Positions 19,680 through 30,448 of a stretch of 55,583 bases of DNA are shown piece by piece. The DNA comes from Candidatus Methylomirabilia bacterium (lineage in GTDB: Bacteria > Methylomirabilota > Methylomirabilia > Rokubacteriales > CSP1-6). Below the pieces are notes generated by a model, which was not told the origin of the DNA, searched no databases, and worked only from the letters and a program-made list of their open reading frames with translations. Positions within the stretch are counted from its first letter, which is position 1, and each line of letters opens with the position of its first letter. Both the position numbers and the translations under genes were made by a program. The stretch is taken from contig JBGQEL010000020.1 in assembly GCA_041496385.1 (NCBI GenBank), positions 1 through 55,583 of the forward strand, given 5' to 3'.

Positions 19680-20775
19680 GCGCCTCGCCCGCGTAGCGTC
19701 GCACGCGCTCGCTCGGGTCCCCCGCGAGCTTGTCCAGGACCTCCCTCGGCGTGGCGCGGTTGTGCGCGAGGTAGAACCGCGTCGTCTCATCCGGATCGGT
19801 CCGGAGCCGCTCCGCGATCGCCGCGTCGATCGAGGGGTTGCGGGCGGCGCCCCACCGCACGAACTGCTCGGGGCTGCCCGCCAGGCGCGCGAGGATGGGC
19901 AGCGGCGTGCTCGGATTCGACGCCAGGTTCTGCGCCGTGACACGGTCGCCGTCCGTCGCGAGGCGCTCGAGGATCTCGCGCGGCGTGTTCGGATTCCCGG
20001 CGAGGCCCCAGTGGACGAGGTAGCCGTCGTTGCGCGCGGCGATCTCTCGCAGGATGGGCTCGGGCGTCTCGCGGTGGAAGGCCACGTCGCTGAGGACGTA
20101 CTCGTTCGTCGAGGCCGCGAGGTAGGGGATCGCCTCGGGCGGCATGCTCGGATTGCGGATCACCTTGCGCACGACCGCCAGGGCGTCACGGTCGAACATG
20201 GTCGCGAGCCCGCCGCGCTTGGCGTGCATGCCGGGGTCGTCGCTCCGCGCCATCTCCAGCAGGATCGGGGGCGGCGTGCTCCGGTTGGCCGCGATCGCGG
20301 AGAGCTGGAGATAGTTCTTCTTGGCCATCGCCGCGCGATAGCGCTCCGCGAGGACGCCCGCGCCCACGCCCGGGTCTTGCAGTCGGTGAAAGGTCGCCAC
20401 GTTCGCGCCCAGGCTCACGACGAGGTAGCCCGAGCCGGCGAGGAACGCGACGGCGATGAGCCAGAGGGCGACGGCGCGCGGGCCCTGCCGCCAGGCCGCG
20501 GCCGTGCGCGCGAGCTGATAGAGGCAGAGGCTCCAGGCGGCGGCGATGACGGCGGCGATGCCGAATGTCCAGGGGACGAAGATGATTCCGATCGCGGCGG
20601 TCGAGGATCGCTGGCGGAGGATGAGGAGAACGTAGAGCGCGCTGGCCGCGAGGCCGCCCACGACGGCGCCGGTGACCATCCAGCGCACCGCGGTCGATCG
20701 CCGATGGCGCCAGGCAACGACGAGCCCGACCACTACCAGAACGAGCGGGAGCAGCAGGTAGAGCTCGACGAGCAC
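19660..20775 (-). CDS. Membrane protein with leucine-rich-variant (LRV)/HEAT-like repeats
   Basis: About four N-terminal TM helices, then ~24-aa helical repeats with NP[S/N]TP-type motifs. Start codon uncertain. Confidence 0.7.
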   Translation of the reverse strand: MLVELYLLLPLVLVVVGLVVAWRHRRSTAVRWMVTGAVVGGLAASALYVLLILRQRSSTAAIGIIFVPWTFGIAAVIAAAWSLCLYQLARTAAAWRQGPRAVALWLIAVAFLAGSGYLVVSLGANVATFHRLQDPGVGAGVLAERYRAAMAKKNYLQLSAIAANRSTPPPILLEMARSDDPGMHAKRGGLATMFDRDALAVVRKVIRNPSMPPEAIPYLAASTNEYVLSDVAFHRETPEPILREIAARNDGYLVHWGLAGNPNTPREILERLATDGDRVTAQNLASNPSTPLPILARLAGSPEQFVRWGAARNPSIDAAIAERLRTDPDETTRFYLAHNRATPREVLDKLAGDPSERVRRYAGEALKRPAR

Positions 20776-20805
20776 GAGGGCGTCGCAGGGCGCCGGGGCG
20801 TCCCG

Positions 20806-21864
<1,059 letters not shown>

Positions 21865-21956
21865 CGGGGACCTATTGTACTAGACCCTCCGGGGATCTCG
21901 TTCTCGTCCGCGCCAGGCCGTATGATGGGGGGCCACGAGCCAAGGAGGGCTGCCGG

Positions 21957-23138
21957 ATGGACCTGACCTATTCCCGTGACGAGCTGGCGTTCCGCGACGA
22001 GGCGAGGGGATGGATCCGCGAGAACCTCCCCGGCCAGGTGCGCGACAAGGTCCTCAACTACCGGGAGCTGAGCAAGGACGAGCTGCTCGGCTGGCACCGG
22101 ACCCTGGCGACGAAGGGCTGGGTCGCGCCGCACTGGCCGAAGGAGTGGGGCGGCACCGACTGGACGGTCGTGCAGCGCTACATCTTCGAGGAGGAGTGCG
22201 GCGCCGCCGGCTGCCCGCCCGTGGTGCCCTTCGGCGTGCGGATGTGCGCGCCGGTCCTGCTCCAGTTCGGGACGCCGGAGCAGAAGCAGCGGTTTCTGCC
22301 GCGGATGTACCGGGGCGACGACTTCTGGTGTCAGGGTTACTCCGAGCCGGGCTCGGGCTCGGACCTCGCCTCGCTCAAGTGCCGCGCCGTCCGTCAGGGC
22401 GACCACTACATCGTGACGGGCCAGAAGATCTGGACCACGCTCGCGCACTACGGCGACTGGATCTTCTGCCTGGTGCGCACGGACCCGAGCCGCGAGAAGC
22501 GCCAGGAGGGCATCTCCTTCCTGCTCATCGACATGCGATCGCCCGGGATCACCGTGCGGCCGATCGTGCTGATGGACGGCGGCCACGAGGTGAACGAGGT
22601 CTTCTTCGACGAGGTCAAGGTGCCCGCGGAGAACCTGGTGCACGAGGAGGGCAAGGGCTGGACGGTCGCCAAGTACCTGCTGGGCTACGAGCGCATGGGC
22701 ACGGGGAACATCGCCGTCTGCAAGCGCGAGTTGGCGCGGGTGAAGGAGCTGGCGGCGCGTGCCATGGACGACGGCCGGTCGCTCCTCGACGAGCCGCGCT
22801 TCCGCGACCGGCTGACGCGCGTCGAGGTGGAGCTGATGGCGCTCGAGATCACCAACCTGCGATTCCTCGACCAGCTCCGCGGCGGCCGGCCGCCTGGCGC
22901 CGAGGTCTCGCTGCTGAAGATCAAGGGCACCGAGATCCAGCAGGCGCTCACCGAGCTGATGATGCAGACGGCGGGGCCCTTCGCGCACGCCTTCCGGCCG
23001 GTGGACGCGGCGGCGGCCTTCGACGCGTTCACCGCCTCGCTGGCGCCGCGCTACATGAACGTCCGCAAGGCGACCATCTACGCCGGCTCCAACGAGATCC
23101 AGCGCAACATCATCGCCAAGCTGACCCTGGGTCTGTAG
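21957..23138 (+). CDS. Acyl-CoA dehydrogenase (PimC-like large subunit)
   Basis: WCQGYSEPGSGSDLA, GQKIWTT, EVNEVFF, IYAGSNEIQRNII. Confidence 0.9.
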   Translation: MDLTYSRDELAFRDEARGWIRENLPGQVRDKVLNYRELSKDELLGWHRTLATKGWVAPHWPKEWGGTDWTVVQRYIFEEECGAAGCPPVVPFGVRMCAPVLLQFGTPEQKQRFLPRMYRGDDFWCQGYSEPGSGSDLASLKCRAVRQGDHYIVTGQKIWTTLAHYGDWIFCLVRTDPSREKRQEGISFLLIDMRSPGITVRPIVLMDGGHEVNEVFFDEVKVPAENLVHEEGKGWTVAKYLLGYERMGTGNIAVCKRELARVKELAARAMDDGRSLLDEPRFRDRLTRVEVELMALEITNLRFLDQLRGGRPPGAEVSLLKIKGTEIQQALTELMMQTAGPFAHAFRPVDAAAAFDAFTASLAPRYMNVRKATIYAGSNEIQRNIIAKLTLGL

Positions 23139-23153
23139 GCGGGAGGGCCCGAC

Positions 23154-24287
23154 ATGGACTTCGAGTACACGGACGAGCAGAAGCTCCTCGCCGAGACGCT
23201 CAAGCGCTTCCTGGCCACCGGCTACAACTTCGACGCCCGCGCCAAGATCGTCGCCTCGGCGGCCGGCGTGAGCGAGGACGTGTGGGCCGCCCTCGCCGAG
23301 ATGGGCGTGCTGGGCGTGGCGTTCGACGCCGCGCACGGCGGCTTCGGCGGCACCACGGTGGACATGATGATCGTCATGGAGGCCCTCGGCGAAGCGCTCG
23401 TCGTCGAGCCCTACCTGGCCACCGTCGGCCTCGGCGGGCGGTTCGTCGCCCGCGGCGGCACGGCCGCGCAGCAGGCGCGCATCCTGCCCGGCCTCGTCGA
23501 GGGCAAGACGAAGATGGCGTTCGCCCACACCGAGCGGGGCGCGCGGTACGCGCTCGGCCAGGTCGGCCTGCGGGCGCGCGCGGCGGGCGACGGCTTCGTG
23601 CTCGACGGCGAGAAGTGCATGGTTCTCCACGGCGGCTGCGCCGACCTGCTCGTCGTGTCCGCGCGCACCGCGGGCGGCGAGCGCGACCCGCGCGGCGTCG
23701 GTCTCTTCCTGGTCGACCGTCGCGCCACCGGCGTGGCGCTCACCGAGTACCGCTCGATCGACGAGATGCGCATCGCCGACATCCGCTTCACGAACGTGAC
23801 CGTGCCGCACGAGGCGCTGCTCGGCGCCGACGGCGACGGGCTCGAGCTCGTCGAGGAGGTGGTGGACTACGCCACCGTCCTCGTCTGCGCCGAGGCGGTC
23901 GGCGCCATCAAGTACGCGCACGACGCCACGCTGGAATATCTGAAGACGCGCCGGCAATTCGGCGTGCCCATCGGCAGCTTCCAGGCGCTCCAGCACCGCA
24001 TGGTCGACGTCCTCATCAGCTACGAGCAGGCGCGCTCCATCGCCTGCCTGGCCTGCGTCAAGACGGACACGGCCGAGGCCGCCGAGCGCCGGCGCGTGGT
24101 GTCCGCGGCGAAGATCAAGATCGCCGACGCGGCCCGGCACGTGAGCCAGGAATCCGTGCAGCTCCACGGCGGCATGGGGATGACCGAGGAGCTGAAGATC
24201 AGCCACACGTTCCGGCGGCTCACGGCGATCGCGCAGGCCTTCGGCGACGCCGATCACCATCTCGCCCGCTTCGCCGCGGCCGGCTGA
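23154..24287 (+). CDS. Acyl-CoA dehydrogenase (PimD-like small subunit)
   Basis: RRQFGVPIGSFQALQHRM, VQLHGGMG. Tandem with a PimC-like gene, typical of heteromeric ACADs. Confidence 0.88.
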   Translation: MDFEYTDEQKLLAETLKRFLATGYNFDARAKIVASAAGVSEDVWAALAEMGVLGVAFDAAHGGFGGTTVDMMIVMEALGEALVVEPYLATVGLGGRFVARGGTAAQQARILPGLVEGKTKMAFAHTERGARYALGQVGLRARAAGDGFVLDGEKCMVLHGGCADLLVVSARTAGGERDPRGVGLFLVDRRATGVALTEYRSIDEMRIADIRFTNVTVPHEALLGADGDGLELVEEVVDYATVLVCAEAVGAIKYAHDATLEYLKTRRQFGVPIGSFQALQHRMVDVLISYEQARSIACLACVKTDTAEAAERRRVVSAAKIKIADAARHVSQESVQLHGGMGMTEELKISHTFRRLTAIAQAFGDADHHLARFAAAG

Positions 24288-24301
24288 GCGTCGAGCCCCG
24301 C

Positions 24302-25471
24302 ATGACCATCAAGGGCAAGGCGTACATCGCGGGCGTCTGGGAGCACCCCACGCGCAAGGCCGACGACAAGTCGCTGGCGCAGCTGCACGCCGAGGTCGCC
24401 AAGGGGGCCCTGGACGACGCCGGCCTGACGAAGCAGGACGTGGACGGCTACTTCTGCGCCGGCGACGCCCCCGGCCTGGGCGGGCTCTCCATGGTCGACT
24501 ACATGGGCCTGCACGTGCGGCACCTGGACACCACGGAGACGGGCGGCTCGTCCTACGTGATCCACGTCGCGCACGCCGCCGAGGCGATCGCCGCCGGCAA
24601 GTGCAACGTCGCGCTCATCACGCTGGCCGGCCGGCCGCGCGCCGAGGCCATGGCCACCGGCACGGCGCCGCGCAACTACGGCGCCGCCGCGCCGGACGTC
24701 GCGTTCGAGTTTCCGTTCGGTCCGACGGTGGTGAACCAGTACGCGATGGCGGCGATGCGCCACATGCACCAGTACGGCACGACGAGCGCGCAGCTCGCCT
24801 GGATCAAGGTGGCCGCCTCGCACCACGCGCAGCACAACCCGCACGCGCTCCTCCGCGAGGTCGTCACCGTCGACGAGGTCGTGGGCTCGCCGCTGATCGC
24901 CGACCCGCTGCACCGGCTCGACTGCTGCGTCATCACCGACGGCGGTGGGGCGATCGTGGTGACGCGCCCGGAAGTCGCGAAGCGCCTCGCGCGGCCGACG
25001 GTCCGGGTCCTCGGCGCCGGCGAGGCCGTCAAGCACCAGCGGGGCGGCAAGATCGACCTCACGTACACCGGCGCCGTGTGGTCGGGCCCGGCGGCCTTCG
25101 CCGAGGCCGGGGTCCGCCCGTCCGACATCAAGTACGTCTCGATCTACGACAGCTTCACGATCACGGTGCTCATCACCCTCGAGGACCTCGGGTTCTGCGA
25201 CAAGGGGCAGGGCGGCAAGCTCGTCGCCGACGGCAACCTCATCTCGGGGACCGGCCGGCTGCCGTTCAACACCGACGGCGGCGGGCTCTGCAACAACCAC
25301 CCGGCCAACCGCGGCGGGCTCACGAAGGTCGTCGAGGCCGTGCGCCAGCTCCGCGGCGAGGCGCACCCGGCGGTCCAGGTGAAGAGCTGCGACCTGGCGC
25401 TCGCGCACGGCACGGGCGGCTCGCTCGCCACGCGGCACGGCAGCGCGACGCTGATCATGGAGAGGGCCTGA
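24302..25471 (+). CDS. SCP2/Ltp2-type thiolase-fold protein
   Basis: DPLHRLDCC, TDGGGA, IYDSFT, NTDGGGL. The N-terminal nucleophile Cys appears absent (TETGGSS). Confidence 0.88.
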   Translation: MTIKGKAYIAGVWEHPTRKADDKSLAQLHAEVAKGALDDAGLTKQDVDGYFCAGDAPGLGGLSMVDYMGLHVRHLDTTETGGSSYVIHVAHAAEAIAAGKCNVALITLAGRPRAEAMATGTAPRNYGAAAPDVAFEFPFGPTVVNQYAMAAMRHMHQYGTTSAQLAWIKVAASHHAQHNPHALLREVVTVDEVVGSPLIADPLHRLDCCVITDGGGAIVVTRPEVAKRLARPTVRVLGAGEAVKHQRGGKIDLTYTGAVWSGPAAFAEAGVRPSDIKYVSIYDSFTITVLITLEDLGFCDKGQGGKLVADGNLISGTGRLPFNTDGGGLCNNHPANRGGLTKVVEAVRQLRGEAHPAVQVKSCDLALAHGTGGSLATRHGSATLIMERA

Positions 25472-25474
25472 GCC

Positions 25475-25882
25475 ATGAACGCGCCGGACCGCACGATCCC
25501 CGCACCGCCGGTCAATCCGGAGACGCAGCGCTTCTGGGACGCCGCCGCCGCGGGCACGCTGCTCCTCAAGCGGTGCGCGGCGTGCGGAGAGAGCCACCAC
25601 TACCCGCGCGCCCTCTGTCCGTTCTGCGGGAGCGACCGGACCGAGTGGCGGGAGGCGTCGGGCAGGGGAACGGTCTATTCTTACAGCGTCTTCCGCCGGG
25701 CGCCGGTGCCGTACGCCATCGCGTACGTCACGCTCGACGAGGGCGTCACGATGATGACGAACATCGTCGACTGCGACCTCGACACGATCCGGATCGGTCA
25801 GGCGGTCTCGGTGGTCTTCAAGCCGACCCACGGCGGTCCGCCGGTACCGATGTTCACTCCCGCGGCGAGGGAGCGGCCATGA
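25475..25882 (+). CDS. Zn-ribbon/OB-fold protein (DUF35)
   Basis: CAAC...YPRALCPFC, GTVYSYS, PYAIAYVTLDEG. Adjacent to the thiolase. Confidence 0.92.
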   Translation: MNAPDRTIPAPPVNPETQRFWDAAAAGTLLLKRCAACGESHHYPRALCPFCGSDRTEWREASGRGTVYSYSVFRRAPVPYAIAYVTLDEGVTMMTNIVDCDLDTIRIGQAVSVVFKPTHGGPPVPMFTPAARERP

Positions 25883-27036
25883 TCACCAAGTTCGCCACCG
25901 TCTACCCCGGCCACGTCGACCTGCCCGACATGGGCCAGGACGCCACCCCGGCCAACGAGCGCCGCTTCTCCAACGAGCACCTGGCGACGGTCTTCGACAA
26001 GACCGACGCCGTCGCCCGGACGATGGACGAGCTGGGCTACTACGCGATCTGGCTGGCCGAGCACCACTTCCAGCACGAGGGCTACGAGGTCCTGCCGAAC
26101 CTCCTCATGTCGGCGGTGCACCTGGCGCACATCACCAGGCAGATCAAGATCGGCTGCGGCTTCAACATCGCGCCCATGTGGCATCCGCTCCGGCTCGCCG
26201 AGGACTACGCGACAGCCGACATCCTCACCAGGGGCCGCGTCATCTTCGGCGTGGGCCGCGGCTACCACACCCGCGAGGTCGAGACGTTCGGCGCGCCCAT
26301 GCTGGACGCCGAGGCCAACCGCGCGCTGTTCGAGGAGCAGGTCGAGATCATCTTCAAGGCGTTCAACCAGGAGTCGTTCGCGCACCACGGCAAGCACTAC
26401 ACGCTGCCGCCGAACGTCCCCTACCGCGGGTACGAGCTGCGCGAGCTCACGCTCGTCCCGCGCCCGCTCCGCCGTCCGGTGGAGTGCTGGCAGCCCATCG
26501 TCAGCGCGAGCGCGCGGGGCCTCGACTTCATGGTGCGCCACGGGATCAAGGGCATCATCGGCGGCGGCGCCGCCACCATGGCGGAGGGCCCGATCCACGG
26601 CTACCGCGAGGCCGCCGCGCGCGCCGGCAAGAATCTGGCGCTCGGCGAGAACCTCTGCCTCGGCATCTTCTTTCATCTGGCCGAGACGCGCGAGAAGGCC
26701 GTCCGCGAGATCACGCCCTTCTACGAGGAGCACGTGAAGATGTTCGGGCCGCTCGGCTTCGTGCCGGGCATCACGGCCGCCCAGCTCGCGGCGTCCACGA
26801 AACGCGGCGGCTGGGGCGCCGCCGGGGTCCCGACGGTCGAGCACTACATGAAGACCGGCTCCTGGTTCGCCGGCCCGCCCGAGGATCTCGTGGCCTACCT
26901 GAAGGACCTCCAGAACCGCTTCCCGGGTCTCGAGCACGTCAACATGAGCATCAGCATGGGCACGCCCCAGGCCGTCATGCTCGAGCAGCTCGGCTGGTTC
27001 GCGAAAGAGGTCATGCCGAAGTTCAGGGGCGTCTGA
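25879..27036 (+). CDS. LLM-class (luciferase-like) flavin-dependent oxidoreductase
   Basis: WLAEHHF, HPLRLAED, GVGRGY. ATGA overlap with DUF35. Confidence 0.9.
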   Translation: MITKFATVYPGHVDLPDMGQDATPANERRFSNEHLATVFDKTDAVARTMDELGYYAIWLAEHHFQHEGYEVLPNLLMSAVHLAHITRQIKIGCGFNIAPMWHPLRLAEDYATADILTRGRVIFGVGRGYHTREVETFGAPMLDAEANRALFEEQVEIIFKAFNQESFAHHGKHYTLPPNVPYRGYELRELTLVPRPLRRPVECWQPIVSASARGLDFMVRHGIKGIIGGGAATMAEGPIHGYREAAARAGKNLALGENLCLGIFFHLAETREKAVREITPFYEEHVKMFGPLGFVPGITAAQLAASTKRGGWGAAGVPTVEHYMKTGSWFAGPPEDLVAYLKDLQNRFPGLEHVNMSISMGTPQAVMLEQLGWFAKEVMPKFRGV

Positions 27037-27039
27037 GGC

Positions 27040-27723
27040 GTGGCGACCTTCGTGCTCGTCCACGGGGCCTATCAGGGCGGCTGGATCTGGCAGCGCGTCG
27101 TCGAGCGCCTGCGCGCCGCGGGCGACGTCGTGTACGCGCCGACCCTCGATGGGTGCGCCGAGCGCCACGATCAGATCCGGCCCGGCATCACGGTGGCGAC
27201 GCACGCGCGCGAGGTGGCGCAGACGCTGTTCTACGAGGATCTCCGCGACGTCGTGCTCGTGGGCACGAGCGCCGGGGGCATGGTCGTGTGCAAGGCCGCC
27301 GAGCTGGCGCCGGAGCGCATCGGGCGCCTCGTCTTCGTGGACGCGCTCGCGCTCCTGCCCGGTGAGCGGATCGCGGACATCGTGAAGCGCCCCGCGCCCG
27401 TGTCGACCGGCCTGGCCGTGGGACCCTCGCGCGAGGACGCCGAGCGCCGCCTGTTCGCGGACCTCGATCCGGCGCTGCGCGCCTGGGCGCTGGCGCGGTA
27501 CACGCCGCACCCCATCGCCGTGATGGACGCGCCGATGGAGCTCGAGAGCTTCTGGACCCGCGCGTGGTCGGCGTCGGTGATCTGGTGCCGGCGCAGCCCC
27601 AATCCTCTCGAGACGCACCAGCGCCGCACCGCCGAGCGGCTCAAGGCCCGCTGGACGGAGCTCGACTCAGGACACTATCCGATGCTGACCCACCCCGAGG
27701 AGCTCGCGCGCCTGCTCGGGTGA
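27040..27723 (+). CDS. Alpha/beta hydrolase (methylesterase-like)
   Basis: FVLVHGAYQGGW, GTSAGG, SGHYPM. Confidence 0.88.
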   Translation: MATFVLVHGAYQGGWIWQRVVERLRAAGDVVYAPTLDGCAERHDQIRPGITVATHAREVAQTLFYEDLRDVVLVGTSAGGMVVCKAAELAPERIGRLVFVDALALLPGERIADIVKRPAPVSTGLAVGPSREDAERRLFADLDPALRAWALARYTPHPIAVMDAPMELESFWTRAWSASVIWCRRSPNPLETHQRRTAERLKARWTELDSGHYPMLTHPEELARLLG

Positions 27724-27733
27724 ACCGTTGCGC

Positions 27734-27749
27734 CGCCCGTCGACGGGCG
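27734..27749. repeat. Perfect 16-bp palindrome (possible terminator hairpin or operator)
   Basis: CGCCCGTCGACGGGCG just after the hydrolase stop and just before a -35 box. Confidence 0.4.
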
Positions 27750-27760
27750 TGCGCCGTTTG

Positions 27761-27790
27761 TTGACACGCTTCAGACGCGTACTCTAACCT
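27761..27790 (+). promoter_or_regulatory. Sigma-70-type promoter, probably leaderless
   Basis: TTGACA-N18-TAACCT, ending 6 nt before the ATG at 27797. No SD sequence. Confidence 0.7.
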
Positions 27791-27796
27791 CGAACG

Positions 27797-30424
27797 ATGG
27801 AGCCAGCTCCCGAGCACGCGCTCCAGGCCGAGCTGACACGGCTCCGCGAAGTGGCCGACACCGCGCCCGTCATGCTGTGGACGTCGGGAGCAGATCGTCG
27901 CCGCGACTTCCTCAATCGCTCCTGGCTGGAGTTCACCGGCCGCTCGCTCGCGCAGGAGCTTGGCGAGGGCTGGCTCGACGGGCTCCATGCCGAGGACCGG
28001 CCCCGATGGCAGGCGGCGTTTGCCGCGGCCTCGGCGGCGGGGAAGCCCTACACCCTCGAGTATCGGCTGCGGCGCGCCGACGGCGAGCACCGGTGGGTGC
28101 GCGAGAACGCGCGGCCCCGGGCCACCGCCGAGGGAGGGTTCGGCGGCTTCATCGGCTCTTGCGCGGACATCACGGACCACCGGCGTGAGGTCGTCCGCCG
28201 GCAGCAGGAGGCCGAGGAGCTGGCGCGCGTCGCGCGTCTCGTCAGCGAGACCCTGGATCTCACGACCGTGGGCGAGCGGATCGTCGAGAGCGTGCTGGAG
28301 CTGCTGGGCGTCCACAGCTCAGCGATCCGCCTCTTCCGGCCTGACGGCCTGCTTGGGGCGATCGCCCTGGGAGGCCGGGCAAAGGAGTACGCGGGCCTGC
28401 GAGACGCCGTTCCCGCGGGCGTCGGTCTCGTCGGGCGGGCCGCCGTCGAGGGAAGGCCGATGTGGACCGAAGACTTCCGCCGCGACCCGCGCTTCGAGCT
28501 CAGTCCCGAGATCCGCGAGCGGAACGCCGCGGTCGGGATCATCGCCGGCCTCGCGGTGCCGCTGCGCGCGGCGGGGAAGGTGATCGGTGTCCTCTCGGTC
28601 GGCAGCCCCGAGCCCCGCGCCTTCACGGAGGGCGAGATCGCGCTCCTCCAGACCTTCGCCGACCAGGCCGCGATCGCCATCCACAACGCCCAGACCCAGG
28701 AGACGCTCGCGAAGCACGCCGAGCGCCTGACCATCCTGCACGACATCGACCGGGCGTTGATCACCGAGCAGGCGCCGGCCGCCATCGCGGAGGCGGTGCT
28801 CTGGCGATTGCGGGACCTGCTCGGCGTTCCCCGTGCCATCGTCAACCTGTTCGACTGGGAGGCCGGCGAGGTGGAGTGGCTGGCGGCGGTCGGGCGCCGG
28901 CGCCTCCATCGCGGGCCCGGCGTCCGCTACTCGATGCGGCTCGCCGGCGACGTGGAGGCCCTGCGGAGAGGCGAGCCGCAGGTGCTCGACGTCGATGCCT
29001 TGCCGGCGAGCCCGGAGAAGGACGGGCTGCTCGCCTCGGGCGTCCACGAGTACATGGTGGTCCCGATGATCGTCGGCAGCGAGCTCATCGGCTCCGTCAG
29101 CTTCGGCGGAGACCGGGGCCAGCGGTTTCCTCCGGAGCAGGTCGCCATCGCGCAGGAGGTGGCGACACAGCTGGCCATCGCGATCACGCAGGCTCGACTC
29201 CACGAGCGCGTCAAGCGGCAGGCGGAGGAGCTCGAGGTCCGGGTCGCGGAGCGCACCCAGGAGTTGAGTGCGGCCACGGCCGAGGCGGATCGGGCGAACC
29301 GGGCCAAGAGCGAGTTCCTGTCGCGCATGAGCCACGAGCTTCGGACGCCCCTGAACGCGATCCTGGGCTTCGGCCAGCTGCTGGAGCTGGACGAGGCGTC
29401 CGCCGAGCAGAAGGAGAGCGTCGGGCAGATTCTCCGGGCCGGCCGTCATCTGCTGGGCCTGATCGACGAGGTGCTCGAGATCAGCCGGATCGAGGCCGGA
29501 CGGCTGCAGATGTCGCTCGAGCCCGTGCCGCTCCGGGAGACGGTCCGCCATGCGATCGATCTGGTCAAGCCGTCGGCCACGCGATCGTGTGTCTCGGTCC
29601 AGTCCGAGCAAATCGACGAGCAGCTCCACGTCCTGGCCGATCGGCAGCGTCTGCAGCAGGTGCTCCTGAACCTCCTCTCGAACGCCATCAAGTACAACCG
29701 CCCGGACGGCCTCGTGACCGTCGCGTGCGAGCAGGTCGCCGAGGGTCGGCTGCACGTGTCGGTGACCGACACCGGCTCGGGGATGGCGGCGGACAAGCTG
29801 GAGCGCCTCTTCACGCCCTTCGACCGCCTGGGCGCGGAGGCCGGTAGCATCGAGGGAACCGGACTCGGTCTGGCCCTGTCGAAGTCCCTCGTCGAGGCGA
29901 TGGGCGGCGCGCTGCACGTGCGGAGCCGGCCGGGCGTGGGCAGCACGTTCTCCGTGGAGCTGGCGCTCGTGGAGGGCCCCGTCGTGGTGGATGTCGTCCC
30001 TTCACTGCCGGTCGAGGCGCGCACGGATGGGGACGCGCGAAGGCTGCCGAGAACGATCCTGTACATCGAGGACAATCTCTCGAACCTCCGTCTCGTCGAG
30101 AGCCTCCTGGGACGGCGGCCCGGCGTGACCGTGCTTTCGGCGATGCAGGGGCGCGTGGGGCTCGAACTCGCCCGCGCTCATGGCCCGGACCTGATCCTGC
30201 TCGATCGCCACCTGCCCGACATCTCCGGCGACGAGGTGTTCCGGCTGCTCCGCGAGGATCCACGCACACGGGACATTCCGGTCATCGTGCTCAGCGCGGA
30301 CGCGATCCCGGACAGGGTCCGGCGGCTACTCGCCGCCGGCGTGCGGGCCTACCTCACGAAGCCCCTCGATATCCATCAGCTCCTGGCGGCCGTGGAGGAG
30401 TGCGTCCGGCGGGACGGTGACTGA
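27797..30424 (+). CDS. Hybrid sensor histidine kinase (PAS-GAF-GAF-HisKA-HATPase-REC)
   Basis: PAS (LEYRLRRADGEHRW), two GAF domains, MSHELRTPLN, NLLSNAIKY, DTGSG, GTGLGL, C-terminal REC (YIEDN, LLD, TKP). Confidence 0.93.
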   Translation: MEPAPEHALQAELTRLREVADTAPVMLWTSGADRRRDFLNRSWLEFTGRSLAQELGEGWLDGLHAEDRPRWQAAFAAASAAGKPYTLEYRLRRADGEHRWVRENARPRATAEGGFGGFIGSCADITDHRREVVRRQQEAEELARVARLVSETLDLTTVGERIVESVLELLGVHSSAIRLFRPDGLLGAIALGGRAKEYAGLRDAVPAGVGLVGRAAVEGRPMWTEDFRRDPRFELSPEIRERNAAVGIIAGLAVPLRAAGKVIGVLSVGSPEPRAFTEGEIALLQTFADQAAIAIHNAQTQETLAKHAERLTILHDIDRALITEQAPAAIAEAVLWRLRDLLGVPRAIVNLFDWEAGEVEWLAAVGRRRLHRGPGVRYSMRLAGDVEALRRGEPQVLDVDALPASPEKDGLLASGVHEYMVVPMIVGSELIGSVSFGGDRGQRFPPEQVAIAQEVATQLAIAITQARLHERVKRQAEELEVRVAERTQELSAATAEADRANRAKSEFLSRMSHELRTPLNAILGFGQLLELDEASAEQKESVGQILRAGRHLLGLIDEVLEISRIEAGRLQMSLEPVPLRETVRHAIDLVKPSATRSCVSVQSEQIDEQLHVLADRQRLQQVLLNLLSNAIKYNRPDGLVTVACEQVAEGRLHVSVTDTGSGMAADKLERLFTPFDRLGAEAGSIEGTGLGLALSKSLVEAMGGALHVRSRPGVGSTFSVELALVEGPVVVDVVPSLPVEARTDGDARRLPRTILYIEDNLSNLRLVESLLGRRPGVTVLSAMQGRVGLELARAHGPDLILLDRHLPDISGDEVFRLLREDPRTRDIPVIVLSADAIPDRVRRLLAAGVRAYLTKPLDIHQLLAAVEECVRRDGD

Positions 30425-30448
30425 CGCCCGGCGCCGACACCTCGGCGC

